The notes under the pieces: generated by a model
Seen by the model: the letters and a program-made list of their open reading frames with translations, nothing else
Told to the model about the DNA's origin: nothing
Databases searched by the model: none
Made by a program: the position numbers and the translations under genes
IMG/VR virus record: IMGVR_UViG_3300032272_000051
Location: 1-32,309 of that record
Reading direction: 5' to 3' (one strand)
Source: a virus
Lineage: Duplodnaviria; Caudoviricetes
DNA length: 32,309 nucleotides
Shown here: in pieces, positions 1 to 7,298 of the stretch
Numbering within the stretch: the first letter of the stretch is position 1
Layout of the letters: each line of letters starts with the position of its first letter

Positions 1-1
1 T

Positions 2-202
2 GCAGATGGGACCATCGCTTATATTGATGGAACTGGATCGGGTGCATGGGCCGGTGGTACTCGAGTCTTTGCTATTCATGTTGGCTCAGGTGTATGGGAC
101 TTCCAGGATCCTGTCATTCAGTATCAGATATTCTACAACCCCGTGAACACCAAAATAGAAACTATCAATACAGCCAATGGCGTAGTAACGGTGGCGATTT
201 AA
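2..202 (+). CDS. 5'-truncated tail/fibre-associated protein, C-terminal fragment (DUF2793-like)
   Basis: Open frame from base 2 to TAA at 200-202 (ADGTIAYIDGTGSGAWAGGTRVFAIHVGSGVWDFQDP...VVTVAI*). The GAWAG...W.F..P pattern resembles DUF2793. Abuts the next ATG at 204. Confidence 0.6.
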   Translation, partial: ADGTIAYIDGTGSGAWAGGTRVFAIHVGSGVWDFQDPVIQYQIFYNPVNTKIETINTANGVVTVAI

Positions 203-203
203 A

Positions 204-1220
204 ATGCCGATTTCAATAGGTAGTCCAGCAACAAAAATTCGCACCAGAGTGGGGGAGGGATATGACATCTCTCTACCTACCGGTCCCTGGGCATTTTACT
301 GGGAGCCCCCTTTTGCTATTGACGGGGCAAACTGCGGTGCAACCGGCAACTGTTTGAGTGTGGCTAATAATCCTGGAACGTATGTCGAGGTAAATAATGG
401 CTGGATAGAGAATGCTGGTGTAGATACGGGTATCCACAGAGCAGACCTTGATGCAACAGGGACACTGCGATTCACTTTTGAAATGACGGACATCGTCATG
501 TTCACTACCTTTGGCTCTGGATCCGCAATGAATGCAGCCCAGGGTATATGTCTGCAATTCACCTACTCAGTAGCCAGTGGCAAGCCAGCAGAAAACCTTC
601 AGCTTACGAATTCATACAGCACTTCTAATGGCGATCTGATGTTAAATATCACCCGATACCCACCTGATTTAAAACTAGAAGTAATCAGGACAGATGTGGT
701 CGAGTGTGCAGTGAAAGATATCATGACTGCATCCTGCCTGAGCAGTAATGGGTCTATGGATTGTGACTATAATAGTAAATTCCATGTAGAGGAATTCACC
801 GGATCATCGGTGTACAGGGTACTTGTGAGAGATGATAATGGGGCCGGATATGTGGCAATTGCCCAGTGTATCTACAAAGACCTGGCTGGAGTGGCTGTTG
901 ATCAGACTGGCGCATCTTTCTCAGCTTCATCATCTGGTGGTGCGACCAATCCTGCTGATGCCTTTGATGGATCTGCTGCCACCTCCTGGGAGAGTCAGAA
1001 CGCTGCTGTGTATCCAGAGGACCTGGAAGTACAGTTTGCTGCCGTAGAACTGGTGGGCAGTGTAGATATCCAGGCTGATGCCTCAACTGCTGCCACCACT
1101 GCTCCACTGGATTTTGATATCCAATACTTTGATGGGAATGGCTGGACTTCCATTGGGATCTTTACTGGTGAAACTGCCTGGGCCAATGGTGAAACCCGAA
1201 ACTTTAATATCGGAGACTAG
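204..1220 (+). CDS. Tail/receptor-binding-associated protein with C-terminal discoidin (F5/8 type C)-like domain
   Basis: 338 aa, beta-rich. C-terminal ASSS..NPADAFDGSAATSWES...PLDFDIQYFDGNGWT...W..GETRNF is typical of discoidin/CBM32-like domains. Last gene of the + strand late operon. Confidence 0.7.
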   Translation: MPISIGSPATKIRTRVGEGYDISLPTGPWAFYWEPPFAIDGANCGATGNCLSVANNPGTYVEVNNGWIENAGVDTGIHRADLDATGTLRFTFEMTDIVMFTTFGSGSAMNAAQGICLQFTYSVASGKPAENLQLTNSYSTSNGDLMLNITRYPPDLKLEVIRTDVVECAVKDIMTASCLSSNGSMDCDYNSKFHVEEFTGSSVYRVLVRDDNGAGYVAIAQCIYKDLAGVAVDQTGASFSASSSGGATNPADAFDGSAATSWESQNAAVYPEDLEVQFAAVELVGSVDIQADASTAATTAPLDFDIQYFDGNGWTSIGIFTGETAWANGETRNFNIGD

Positions 1221-1253
1221 ATCATATTGACCAGGGCATATCATCATGTCTGT

Positions 1254-1418
1254 TCATTCCTGCTTTTCCCTTTTCATTCTGTCAGTCCAAATAAATGAAG
1301 CCATCCACTCCTGGCCGTAACAGTCAACATAGAGAAAAACCTCTTTTCCAACCACTGTGTCAATGAATAGGCAATGCTTTCTCTGCATGGTAAAAAATGA
1401 CCTGATTGCTTTAATCAT
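1254..1418 (-). CDS. Hypothetical early protein (54 aa)
   Basis: ATG at 1418 overlaps the upstream stop (ATGA) with GGAG/AGGA upstream; more plausible than the 1466 start. Confidence 0.55.
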   Translation of the reverse strand: MIKAIRSFFTMQRKHCLFIDTVVGKEVFLYVDCYGQEWMASFIWTDRMKREKQE

Positions 1419-1744
1419 TCCTGCTTCTCCTGGGCTTTTACCGCCTGCCTTATAAGGTTTCGCCACCAGAATCTAATTGGTCTGTTATTTACTAATGGTG
1501 GCCTATCGCCAAAGTCATACCCTTGATACTCACATTCTCCTAAAAGAAACCCTATTAACTCTTTAGGTAAGGGCGCTTCCTTCTCAGGATTGAAGGTGTG
1601 CAGGGATGATAGGGCTTCGAGTAACTGCTTGCTACACTTTTGGTATACGCGCCCCCCGGCTCTGTCACAAGGGTCGTCATGCGGATTGTTTATAAAGTCT
1701 CCTTCCTTTTGCCATTCTTCGGCAAGCCTTTTCAACTCTTTCAT
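1415..1744 (-). CDS. Hypothetical early protein
   Basis: 109 aa ORF, AAGGA RBS, in the leftward operon. Confidence 0.7.
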   Translation of the reverse strand: MKELKRLAEEWQKEGDFINNPHDDPCDRAGGRVYQKCSKQLLEALSSLHTFNPEKEAPLPKELIGFLLGECEYQGYDFGDRPPLVNNRPIRFWWRNLIRQAVKAQEKQE

Positions 1745-1832
1745 TTCTCTATCCTTTTAAATTAGAGCCCCCATACCGCCACAGGAGGGGGTGGGCCTGA
1801 TACTGAGGTGAGGATATCACCTTGGCTGGGGA

Positions 1833-2162
1833 CTAGATTCTCACCCAAACAGACGCAATCGCCTGGTGGGATCCTGGGGCTTTTACCTGCTGATAGCCAT
1901 CATGCCGGACTATGCCCAGCTTGTTCGCTTTAGAGATAACACCTCCCCATGCTCTTTCGTGAGGAGGCTCAGGCAGCCCATGCTTGTATGCCCAGAAGCG
2001 GAGGTCCTCTACCATGAACCGATTCTCAGGAAACACCTTCAGATACTCCAGCGCCCTGTCACCCCATTTTTCGTGGTGTGCATTAGCATTGTCCAGGGCT
2101 TGTTTCATTCCCTGCTCTTTGAGCTCTTGTCCGTCAAATAATTCAGGCTGGTTCATGACCAC
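1833..2162 (-). CDS. Hypothetical phage protein (conserved-looking P..RAWG motif, possible winged helix)
   Basis: 109 aa; GLPEPPHERAWGGVI...SH...SVW resembles a recurrent small phage protein family; GGAG RBS. Confidence 0.7.
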   Translation of the reverse strand: MVMNQPELFDGQELKEQGMKQALDNANAHHEKWGDRALEYLKVFPENRFMVEDLRFWAYKHGLPEPPHERAWGGVISKANKLGIVRHDGYQQVKAPGSHQAIASVWVRI

Positions 2163-2362
2163 TCCTTATCTGCTTCCCGGAGAAATTTCTTGTCTGGCTC
2201 TCCTTTGTTGATCCTTTCCTGGATCTCTTCCCGGTGAACTGTCACCGACCTGGGAGCATCCACACCGATTCTGATGTTTTTGCCTTCGATACCCATGATC
2301 ACCACCTTGATGTTTCCATCGACCACGATTGTCTCACCTACTTTTCTGGTAAGTATCAACAT
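2153..2362 (-). CDS. csrA: Carbon storage regulator CsrA/RsmA-family RNA-binding protein
   Basis: MLILTRKVGETIVVDGNIKVVIMGIEGKNIRIGVDAPRSVTVHREEIQERI matches the CsrA consensus, including the HREEI motif. Confidence 0.97.
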   Translation of the reverse strand: MLILTRKVGETIVVDGNIKVVIMGIEGKNIRIGVDAPRSVTVHREEIQERINKGEPDKKFLREADKEWS

Positions 2363-2372
2363 AAATTACCCC

Positions 2373-2876
2373 TTAATAGATTCGCAGTGATCGTGAACCT
2401 TCACCCAATTCAGCGCCTTCGACTTCAACTCCCTCCTGGAGCGCCTTCTTAATCTCGGCAGTCTTTGGCTTTTTGGTTACCACTACGTCATACCATTCAG
2501 GCGCGAGATCCTCTACATCGATGATCTTACAAATCACCGGTGCTTTGCCCAGGGTGATGGTGACGGACTTGTCATCCTTGGCGATCTTGCTGATCCCGGC
2601 ATAATCCATGGCATCCTTGATACGGGTGCGCAGGTTCTGCTTGGCATTCTGCAGTTTCTTTTTGATGTCCTGGATCCGAGCGATTTCTTTCGAGGCAGCA
2701 TCAATGTAGTCATCCAGATTGAGATCCACTTTCATGTACCCCAATGCTTTGTCCTGCATATCCAGCATGATCATCTCTTTGGTGTCGGCATACGCCTCTT
2801 CCGGAAGAGTGCCTTCAATCAGCATATCCTCTAATTCCTTCATGTCCTGCGACATTTCTCTGAGAGTCTGTCCCAT
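2373..2876 (-). CDS. Siphovirus Gp157-family protein
   Basis: 167 aa coiled coil ending K..IKKALQEGVEVEGAEL....SLRI, the Gp157 signature; adjacent to a putative annealase. Confidence 0.85.
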   Translation of the reverse strand: MGQTLREMSQDMKELEDMLIEGTLPEEAYADTKEMIMLDMQDKALGYMKVDLNLDDYIDAASKEIARIQDIKKKLQNAKQNLRTRIKDAMDYAGISKIAKDDKSVTITLGKAPVICKIIDVEDLAPEWYDVVVTKKPKTAEIKKALQEGVEVEGAELGEGSRSLRIY

Positions 2877-3664
2877 TACTTTTCTCCTTTGGCTTCTAAT
2901 TCGGCTTTACGGGCATCCTTGGCAATGATTAATTCCTTCTGCCTGGTCGCATCTTTTTCTGCATTAACTCTCTGGAGCATTACCTTGAAGCATAGAGCCA
3001 GATCATTCTGACTGACAGCGCCCTGTAATGTTTTCAGATTAGTTTCCCACCACTGATCGTATTCATGCTTCTGCAATTCGACCTCAGCTTCCTGGTCCTT
3101 CGCCTTCTCGATCCTGGACTCATTGGTGCGCTGTTGGATGTACTCAGGATTCTCGAAATACCCCAAGAAAATATCAGCATTGAAGCCAAGCATAGACAGG
3201 CATTTTTTCTGCGCATCCGTGTAGGACTTCTTCGGGGCTTCTTCATCAGCCTGGAAACTGTTGTATTTCTTGTTGTAATGCAGGTAGGGGGTGTGTCCAT
3301 AGGCTTCCACCCAGGGAGTGGACTCAGTTACCTTTCCATCAATAATGCCGTAATACAGGCGCAATTTGATGGTGTGAGACTTGCCATAGATTACTTTCTG
3401 AACTGCAGTATCGTGGACGGGATCACCGGTCGGAGGCGGGAAAATGCCAATAGGACCACCCTCATCCCATCGCTCCTCGATAGTCTCGAATCGCCAAGTA
3501 GTACCCATTGGTCCCCACTGCTCAGTGGCGCTCTGGATCACCAGAGTACCCGGCAATGAGGTCATCCCGGATAGATTGCCACCAGTGATCTTTTTGGTGT
3601 CTTGAGGATCTGTCTTGCAGACTTGACTCCACAGGTGGAGATTGTTCTTTTTATCAACTGTCAT
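2876..3664 (-). CDS. Putative ssDNA-annealing recombinase (Rad52/Sak-like)
   Basis: N.LW..V.KTDP..TK.ITGG...TEQWGPMG..W and DEEAPKKSYTDA.KK.LS.LGF.ADIFLG resemble Rad52/22-like phage annealases; the context next to Gp157 supports this. Confidence 0.65.
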   Translation of the reverse strand: MTVDKKNNLHLWSQVCKTDPQDTKKITGGNLSGMTSLPGTLVIQSATEQWGPMGTTWRFETIEERWDEGGPIGIFPPPTGDPVHDTAVQKVIYGKSHTIKLRLYYGIIDGKVTESTPWVEAYGHTPYLHYNKKYNSFQADEEAPKKSYTDAQKKCLSMLGFNADIFLGYFENPEYIQQRTNESRIEKAKDQEAEVELQKHEYDQWWETNLKTLQGAVSQNDLALCFKVMLQRVNAEKDATRQKELIIAKDARKAELEAKGEK

Positions 3665-3882
3665 AATTGCTCCATGCCTTCTGGTTCAGAAGGTCTCCAT
3701 TTAATGCTATTAAAAACCTTGGTGATTGATCCAATTTCGTCATCAGACATAACCTGGAATCTCTCATCCACTTGTGAATCAGCCAGCACAAATAATGCTC
3801 CATCATCAGTCCCTTCAATTTGCAGGATATCTGAATCAAAAAACCAATCCATTGCCCTGCGATCTATATGCTTAGTCTGCAT
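3661..3882 (-). CDS. Hypothetical protein
   Basis: 73 aa, GGAG RBS, ATGA overlap with the next gene. Confidence 0.65.
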   Translation of the reverse strand: MQTKHIDRRAMDWFFDSDILQIEGTDDGALFVLADSQVDERFQVMSDDEIGSITKVFNSIKWRPSEPEGMEQL

Positions 3883-3884
3883 AA

Positions 3885-4166
3885 TTACTCTCCATTAAAA
3901 ACTTCCGTGAAAACTGCGTTAAAGTCATAGGTTTCAAAATCAACCGGAGTAGGGCTGTACAAGTCCTCCTCTGGGATTTCATGCAAAAGCCCACTCATGC
4001 CTCGAGTGCCATTGAGAATCTGGCACTCATCCCTTGTCTTGGACTCGACCAGGGCATAGTCAGTATCGGTGATCACTTCAGTGACATGATCTCCCTTGAA
4101 GAATATGTCACCCGTGAAATTGCCGTGATCGTCTGCAGAGATAAAATATCCGGTTACCTTTTTCAT
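3885..4166 (-). CDS. Hypothetical acidic protein
   Basis: 93 aa, GAGGTG RBS, tightly packed in the operon. Confidence 0.7.
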   Translation of the reverse strand: MKKVTGYFISADDHGNFTGDIFFKGDHVTEVITDTDYALVESKTRDECQILNGTRGMSGLLHEIPEEDLYSPTPVDFETYDFNAVFTEVFNGE

Positions 4167-4339
4167 TTCTTCACCTCTGGATTCGCCTTCTGGAGAATCT
4201 CACCTGTTCTCAAATTTGATACCTGCAGAGAGTCTCCACGGGTGTATCTGCACTGAGCATACTGAATCGCTTCCTTGTCACTGTACGAAGAAAATGACTC
4301 TATCCATGCGCCTTTACTGTTATGAATATCGTAATCCAT
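4163..4339 (-). CDS. Hypothetical protein (58 aa, not in the ORF track)
   Basis: MDYDIHNSKGAWIESFSSYSDKEAIQYAQ...NPEVKK*; TAATG overlap upstream, ATGA overlap downstream, GGAGG RBS; fills the gap exactly. Confidence 0.65.
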   Translation of the reverse strand: MDYDIHNSKGAWIESFSSYSDKEAIQYAQCRYTRGDSLQVSNLRTGEILQKANPEVKK

Positions 4340-4845
4340 TACGCTTGCGCCTCCAGAATTGAATAAGCTTTTTCAAAAGGCATCAGGTTTAAAATCTGTT
4401 CCTGTTTAATGCCCCAATCCTTCAGCAATTTTGGAAGGTATTCGCCAAGGTAAAGATCGCGCTTCTGGGCTGTCATGGTTTTAGTGCCACGGATAGAGCC
4501 ATCATCAGCCAGATACATGATTTTCTTTTTAAGATCAGCTTTGATCTGTTTCTGGAAAAGGAAGTCCTCAAGCAAGTCATTAATGACAGACTCATCATCC
4601 TGTTTATAGGTGAAGTCAGGAATGCTAGAAACTACATCTGGAAGAGTGCTAATAAAATCGGCAACAGCTTCACCAGCTTGATGTGATTCATAGTGAACAT
4701 CTGTGCAACCACCATGCCCACGATTGGAAGCTTCAGCAACCTTCTTACCGTCAAAGTAGACAGTGGCTGTAAAGCAATGAGTTTCCTCAGACAAGGAAGC
4801 CATGTGTTTAATGTTCTTCAGGGTAATGCGATTTTGTGTAGCCAT
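4339..4845 (-). CDS. Conserved hypothetical early phage protein (SEET.CF.A...N.GHGG motif)
   Basis: 168 aa with LSEETHCFTATVYFDGKK...SNRGHGG, a motif seen in mobile-element hypotheticals; GAGGA RBS; first gene after a good promoter. Confidence 0.8.
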   Translation of the reverse strand: MATQNRITLKNIKHMASLSEETHCFTATVYFDGKKVAEASNRGHGGCTDVHYESHQAGEAVADFISTLPDVVSSIPDFTYKQDDESVINDLLEDFLFQKQIKADLKKKIMYLADDGSIRGTKTMTAQKRDLYLGEYLPKLLKDWGIKQEQILNLMPFEKAYSILEAQA

Positions 4846-4894
4846 CTTTATATCCTCTTTCAGTTAAAATTTTGTATTGCGTTTCAGTAATTGC

Positions 4895-4922
4895 AGTATA
4901 TCTATCTGGAAACGAAATGCAA
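4895..4922 (-). promoter_or_regulatory. Sigma70-like leftward early promoter
   Basis: On the - strand, TTGCAT (4922-4917), 16 nt, TATACT (4900-4895), in an AT-rich intergenic gap. Confidence 0.6.
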
Positions 4923-4941
4923 AGCTTTTATGTGATTTAAA

Positions 4942-5199
4942 TCACAATTTCACATAGAGGTTATGGGGTGGCGCTGGTCGCATTTCTCGCCCTTTTATGG
5001 CTATTTCCCCCCGAACCCTCATGTGAATGAGGCGCTGGGCTATTACCCGAGGGAACTCAGGCTCTGGGATATGCTGTAAATCAGGGTGAGTCCACAGGTC
5101 ATCGCTGATCTGCCTGGAACTGAAAGGCTGACCAGGGGGAGGCAGAACCTCCCTCACCAGATCAGTTATATAGGGATAGTCTCGGGTAGGTTTAGTCAT
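4942..5199 (-). CDS. Hypothetical protein, possible winged-helix DNA-binding
   Basis: 85 aa; FSSRQISDDL...VIAQRLIHMRVRGEI...LY pattern; GAGGTG RBS. Confidence 0.6.
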   Translation of the reverse strand: MTKPTRDYPYITDLVREVLPPPGQPFSSRQISDDLWTHPDLQHIPEPEFPRVIAQRLIHMRVRGEIAIKGREMRPAPPHNLYVKL

Positions 5200-5551
5200 C
5201 GATCACCTCTAAAGCCAGGGATTGTGGCGCTGGATCAGCCCATGATGTATCTGAATGCTTCTCAATGAAGCTTTGCCCGGGAACTGCATCCTGGAAGACA
5301 GGGATCTCATCCTCCCACCTTTCATCCCTGATCCACCTGAATACATGGGGAGGCTGTGGAAGCCACTCCCCCCTGGTCCGGGCTGCCTTGCGGTAAACCT
5401 TCAACTCGAATAATGCTCTCATGATTGCCATGTGATCATCATCAGTCTTTACCTTTTTGGCATAGAGCTCTTTGGCTTTTTTCTTGGGACCAAGGTTCTG
5501 TCCTTCCCTGATCCAGTTAGTCCAGAATTCATCGAAATTATCCATCACCAC
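5192..5551 (-). CDS. Replication-initiator C-terminal (DnaD/replisome-organiser-like) domain protein
   Basis: FDEFW..W.....KKKA...Y.K...WLPQPPHVFRWIRDERWEDE resembles the C-terminal domain of lambdoid replication initiators. Confidence 0.6.
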   Translation of the reverse strand: MVMDNFDEFWTNWIREGQNLGPKKKAKELYAKKVKTDDDHMAIMRALFELKVYRKAARTRGEWLPQPPHVFRWIRDERWEDEIPVFQDAVPGQSFIEKHSDTSWADPAPQSLALEVIDD

Positions 5552-5781
5552 CCCTTCAACTCTGTGCGGATTACTGCTCCCTTGCCATTGGCAATATCCA
5601 CCAGGGTTTCTTCATAGTGAGTGATCTCGATGTCATTGGCTTGAGCCAGCGACAGAAGGGTGACTTCCTCGAAATGACTTAGTTTCTGGCATAACGGCGC
5701 CTGGAATAAAGTCTCAATCAGGGGGTGAGTGCATCCGTTTTTACGGAGTGCGATTACGGTGTGTGCTTGAACTGCTTTCAT
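5545..5781 (-). CDS. Hypothetical protein
   Basis: 78 aa, GAGGT RBS, overlaps the next gene. Confidence 0.65.
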   Translation of the reverse strand: MKAVQAHTVIALRKNGCTHPLIETLFQAPLCQKLSHFEEVTLLSLAQANDIEITHYEETLVDIANGKGAVIRTELKGW

Positions 5782-5860
5782 GCTGATTACCTCTTTTAGT
5801 GAAATTAACCAAGGACAAACTCATAAAACATCTGCGGAGATTGTCCTCGGGGTGAAAATT

Positions 5861-6148
5861 CTACTTTGTTGCTGTCTCTGCCCGGTCCAATACAATGACC
5901 TTGTCATCCATCTCGATCTCGGTGACATCAAAATGTTTTCTGACATTGGGGATATCGTTATTCCAATCGCTGGGGATTACTACCTTGTGACCAAGGTACT
6001 GCCAGGTCCCCACCGGATCATCACCCGCTTCACGATTGATGATTGCGCCTTCCAATGCTTTTTTGCACCGCTCCATGTGATCCTGCGCACCCTTGCAAGC
6101 TTGGAATGCTTCAATTAAATCCATTACTGCTGGCTGTATCTTACTCAT
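5861..6148 (-). CDS. Hypothetical protein
   Basis: About 95 aa, GAGGA RBS; start is ATG 6148 or GTG 6154. Confidence 0.65.
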   Translation of the reverse strand: MSKIQPAVMDLIEAFQACKGAQDHMERCKKALEGAIINREAGDDPVGTWQYLGHKVVIPSDWNNDIPNVRKHFDVTEIEMDDKVIVLDRAETATK

Positions 6149-6448
6149 TTTCACTTCCTCATTTATAAAATTAATTTATATTTTACCCCTTTTCCCACTT
6201 ACTGGTCATAACGATCTGCCAGTCTTGAAGCGTGGTACTCAGTTATCTTTTGATGGCAAGCCATCTCACTCACAGGTGTCCCATAATGTGACCAGGATAT
6301 AAAGGGGTCAAACATTGCCTGGATTTTCTGCGCAATTATCGGATGCCGTGGGTATACCCGTCACCGGCAGTATTTAGAAAGATGGGGAAGTGGTCTAATC
6401 CAGAGAGGATTATTGTTGATTTGGGGAAAAATGTGGTATCTTTCCTTC

Positions 6449-6538
6449 TGTCAACTAAGCACTGACATCTTTCAAGGGAAGCTGCGCCCTTGATTACCTC
6501 TGGGAAAACCCTCGATTTCGGTCGGGGGTTTTTCTTTT
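6449..6538 (+). ncRNA. Candidate small RNA (three hairpins) antisense to the leftward early transcript
   Basis: Extended -10 TGgTATCTT (6434-6442). Hairpins TGTCA/TGACA (6449-6467) and TCAAGGG/CCCTTGA (6472-6493), then a terminator with a UUCG loop and U tract. No credible + ORF nearby. Confidence 0.5.
6505..6538 (+). terminator. Rho-independent terminator (possibly bidirectional)
   Basis: AAAACCCTCGA-tTTCGg-TCGGGGGTTTTTCTTTT; the G.U pairs and UUCG tetraloop favour the + strand. Confidence 0.75.
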
Positions 6539-6552
6539 GGTGGATCACAAAA

Positions 6553-6798
6553 CTAATTTAAAGATTCTTCCGAGTCAAGCGGATAATTTCTTCTCACCCT
6601 TCTCAACAGATTAGAAAGCAATTTTCTGGTGTTCTGGTTTGGCTTGCAAATTGCCTTGCCTGGATCATCTGCCAGGATCCTGTAAATTGTGCTGGCTGGC
6701 AACTGTGCCTTCATTGATGTCTTGCTACTTGTCCACCCGGTTCGCTTCATGATTTCTTCAATCGCTTCCCGAGTATCCTCTTTGGCATAAAGCTTCAT
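6553..6798 (-). CDS. Cro/XRE-like HTH transcriptional regulator
   Basis: 81 aa; IMKRTGWTSSKTSMKAQLPASTIYRIL...P...T fits an HTH; GAGGG RBS; first gene left of the divergent control region. Confidence 0.75.
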   Translation of the reverse strand: MKLYAKEDTREAIEEIMKRTGWTSSKTSMKAQLPASTIYRILADDPGKAICKPNQNTRKLLSNLLRRVRRNYPLDSEESLN

Positions 6799-6828
6799 TA
6801 GATATTTCCCTCAGTTAAATTCAAGCGA

Positions 6829-6920
6829 ATCCTCTCATAACCCAGGACACAATGCAAAACAAATAATATCTACTGGATCACGTTTAATGGTTTGCATAAC
6901 AAACTAACATTCTATAGACT
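6829..6920. promoter_or_regulatory. Divergent promoter region
   Basis: Rightward: TTGCAT (6892-6897), 17 nt, TAGACT (6915-6920). Weaker leftward: TTGCAT (6857-6852), 17 nt, GAGGAT (6834-6829). Confidence 0.55.
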
Positions 6921-6953
6921 CGGCAATGCATATAACTAAAAGAGGATAACGCA

Positions 6954-7298
6954 GTGAGAAAAATGTGCTTAAAACAAAGGGTAAATTGCATGATTGTCCG
7001 GGAGGATGGTCAGCATTTTGTCGGCTTTAATACCTGTGATGTAGGGCATACCTGCCCACGATCCGACCAGGGTGCAAAGTCAGGAGAAGACTACCATCTG
7101 TGCCAATCAGTACACGCAGAAATCCAGGCGGTAGAACTCGCAAAGGATAGTGCAGAGATTCCAGGCGAAGCCTATCTCTATGGTCACACCTATATCTGCA
7201 AGGATTGTCAGGAAGCATTGCTGGCTATCAATGTAAAAACTTTTCACATAGTAACCAGCCAGCCACCCTGCGCGAATTTTGCGGGTGGAAAATCGTGA
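6954..7298 (+). CDS. dCMP/cytidine deaminase-family zinc-binding protein
   Basis: C.KQRVNCMIV...GFN, SVHAE and CKDC zinc motifs; GAGGA RBS. Confidence 0.85.
   Translation: MRKMCLKQRVNCMIVREDGQHFVGFNTCDVGHTCPRSDQGAKSGEDYHLCQSVHAEIQAVELAKDSAEIPGEAYLYGHTYICKDCQEALLAINVKTFHIVTSQPPCANFAGGKS

Noticed and set aside
3065-3559. 164-aa + strand ORF opposite the annealase
   Set aside because: Antisense shadow with no RBS or motif support.
6336-6548. 70-aa - strand ORF in the non-coding control segment
   Set aside because: No clear RBS, runs through hairpins and a terminator, and has no recognisable motif; left uncalled.
7205-7294. N-terminal 30 aa of the 523-aa MTase ORF
   Set aside because: Overlaps the deaminase; motif I begins right after GTG 7295, which forms a typical GTGA overlap.
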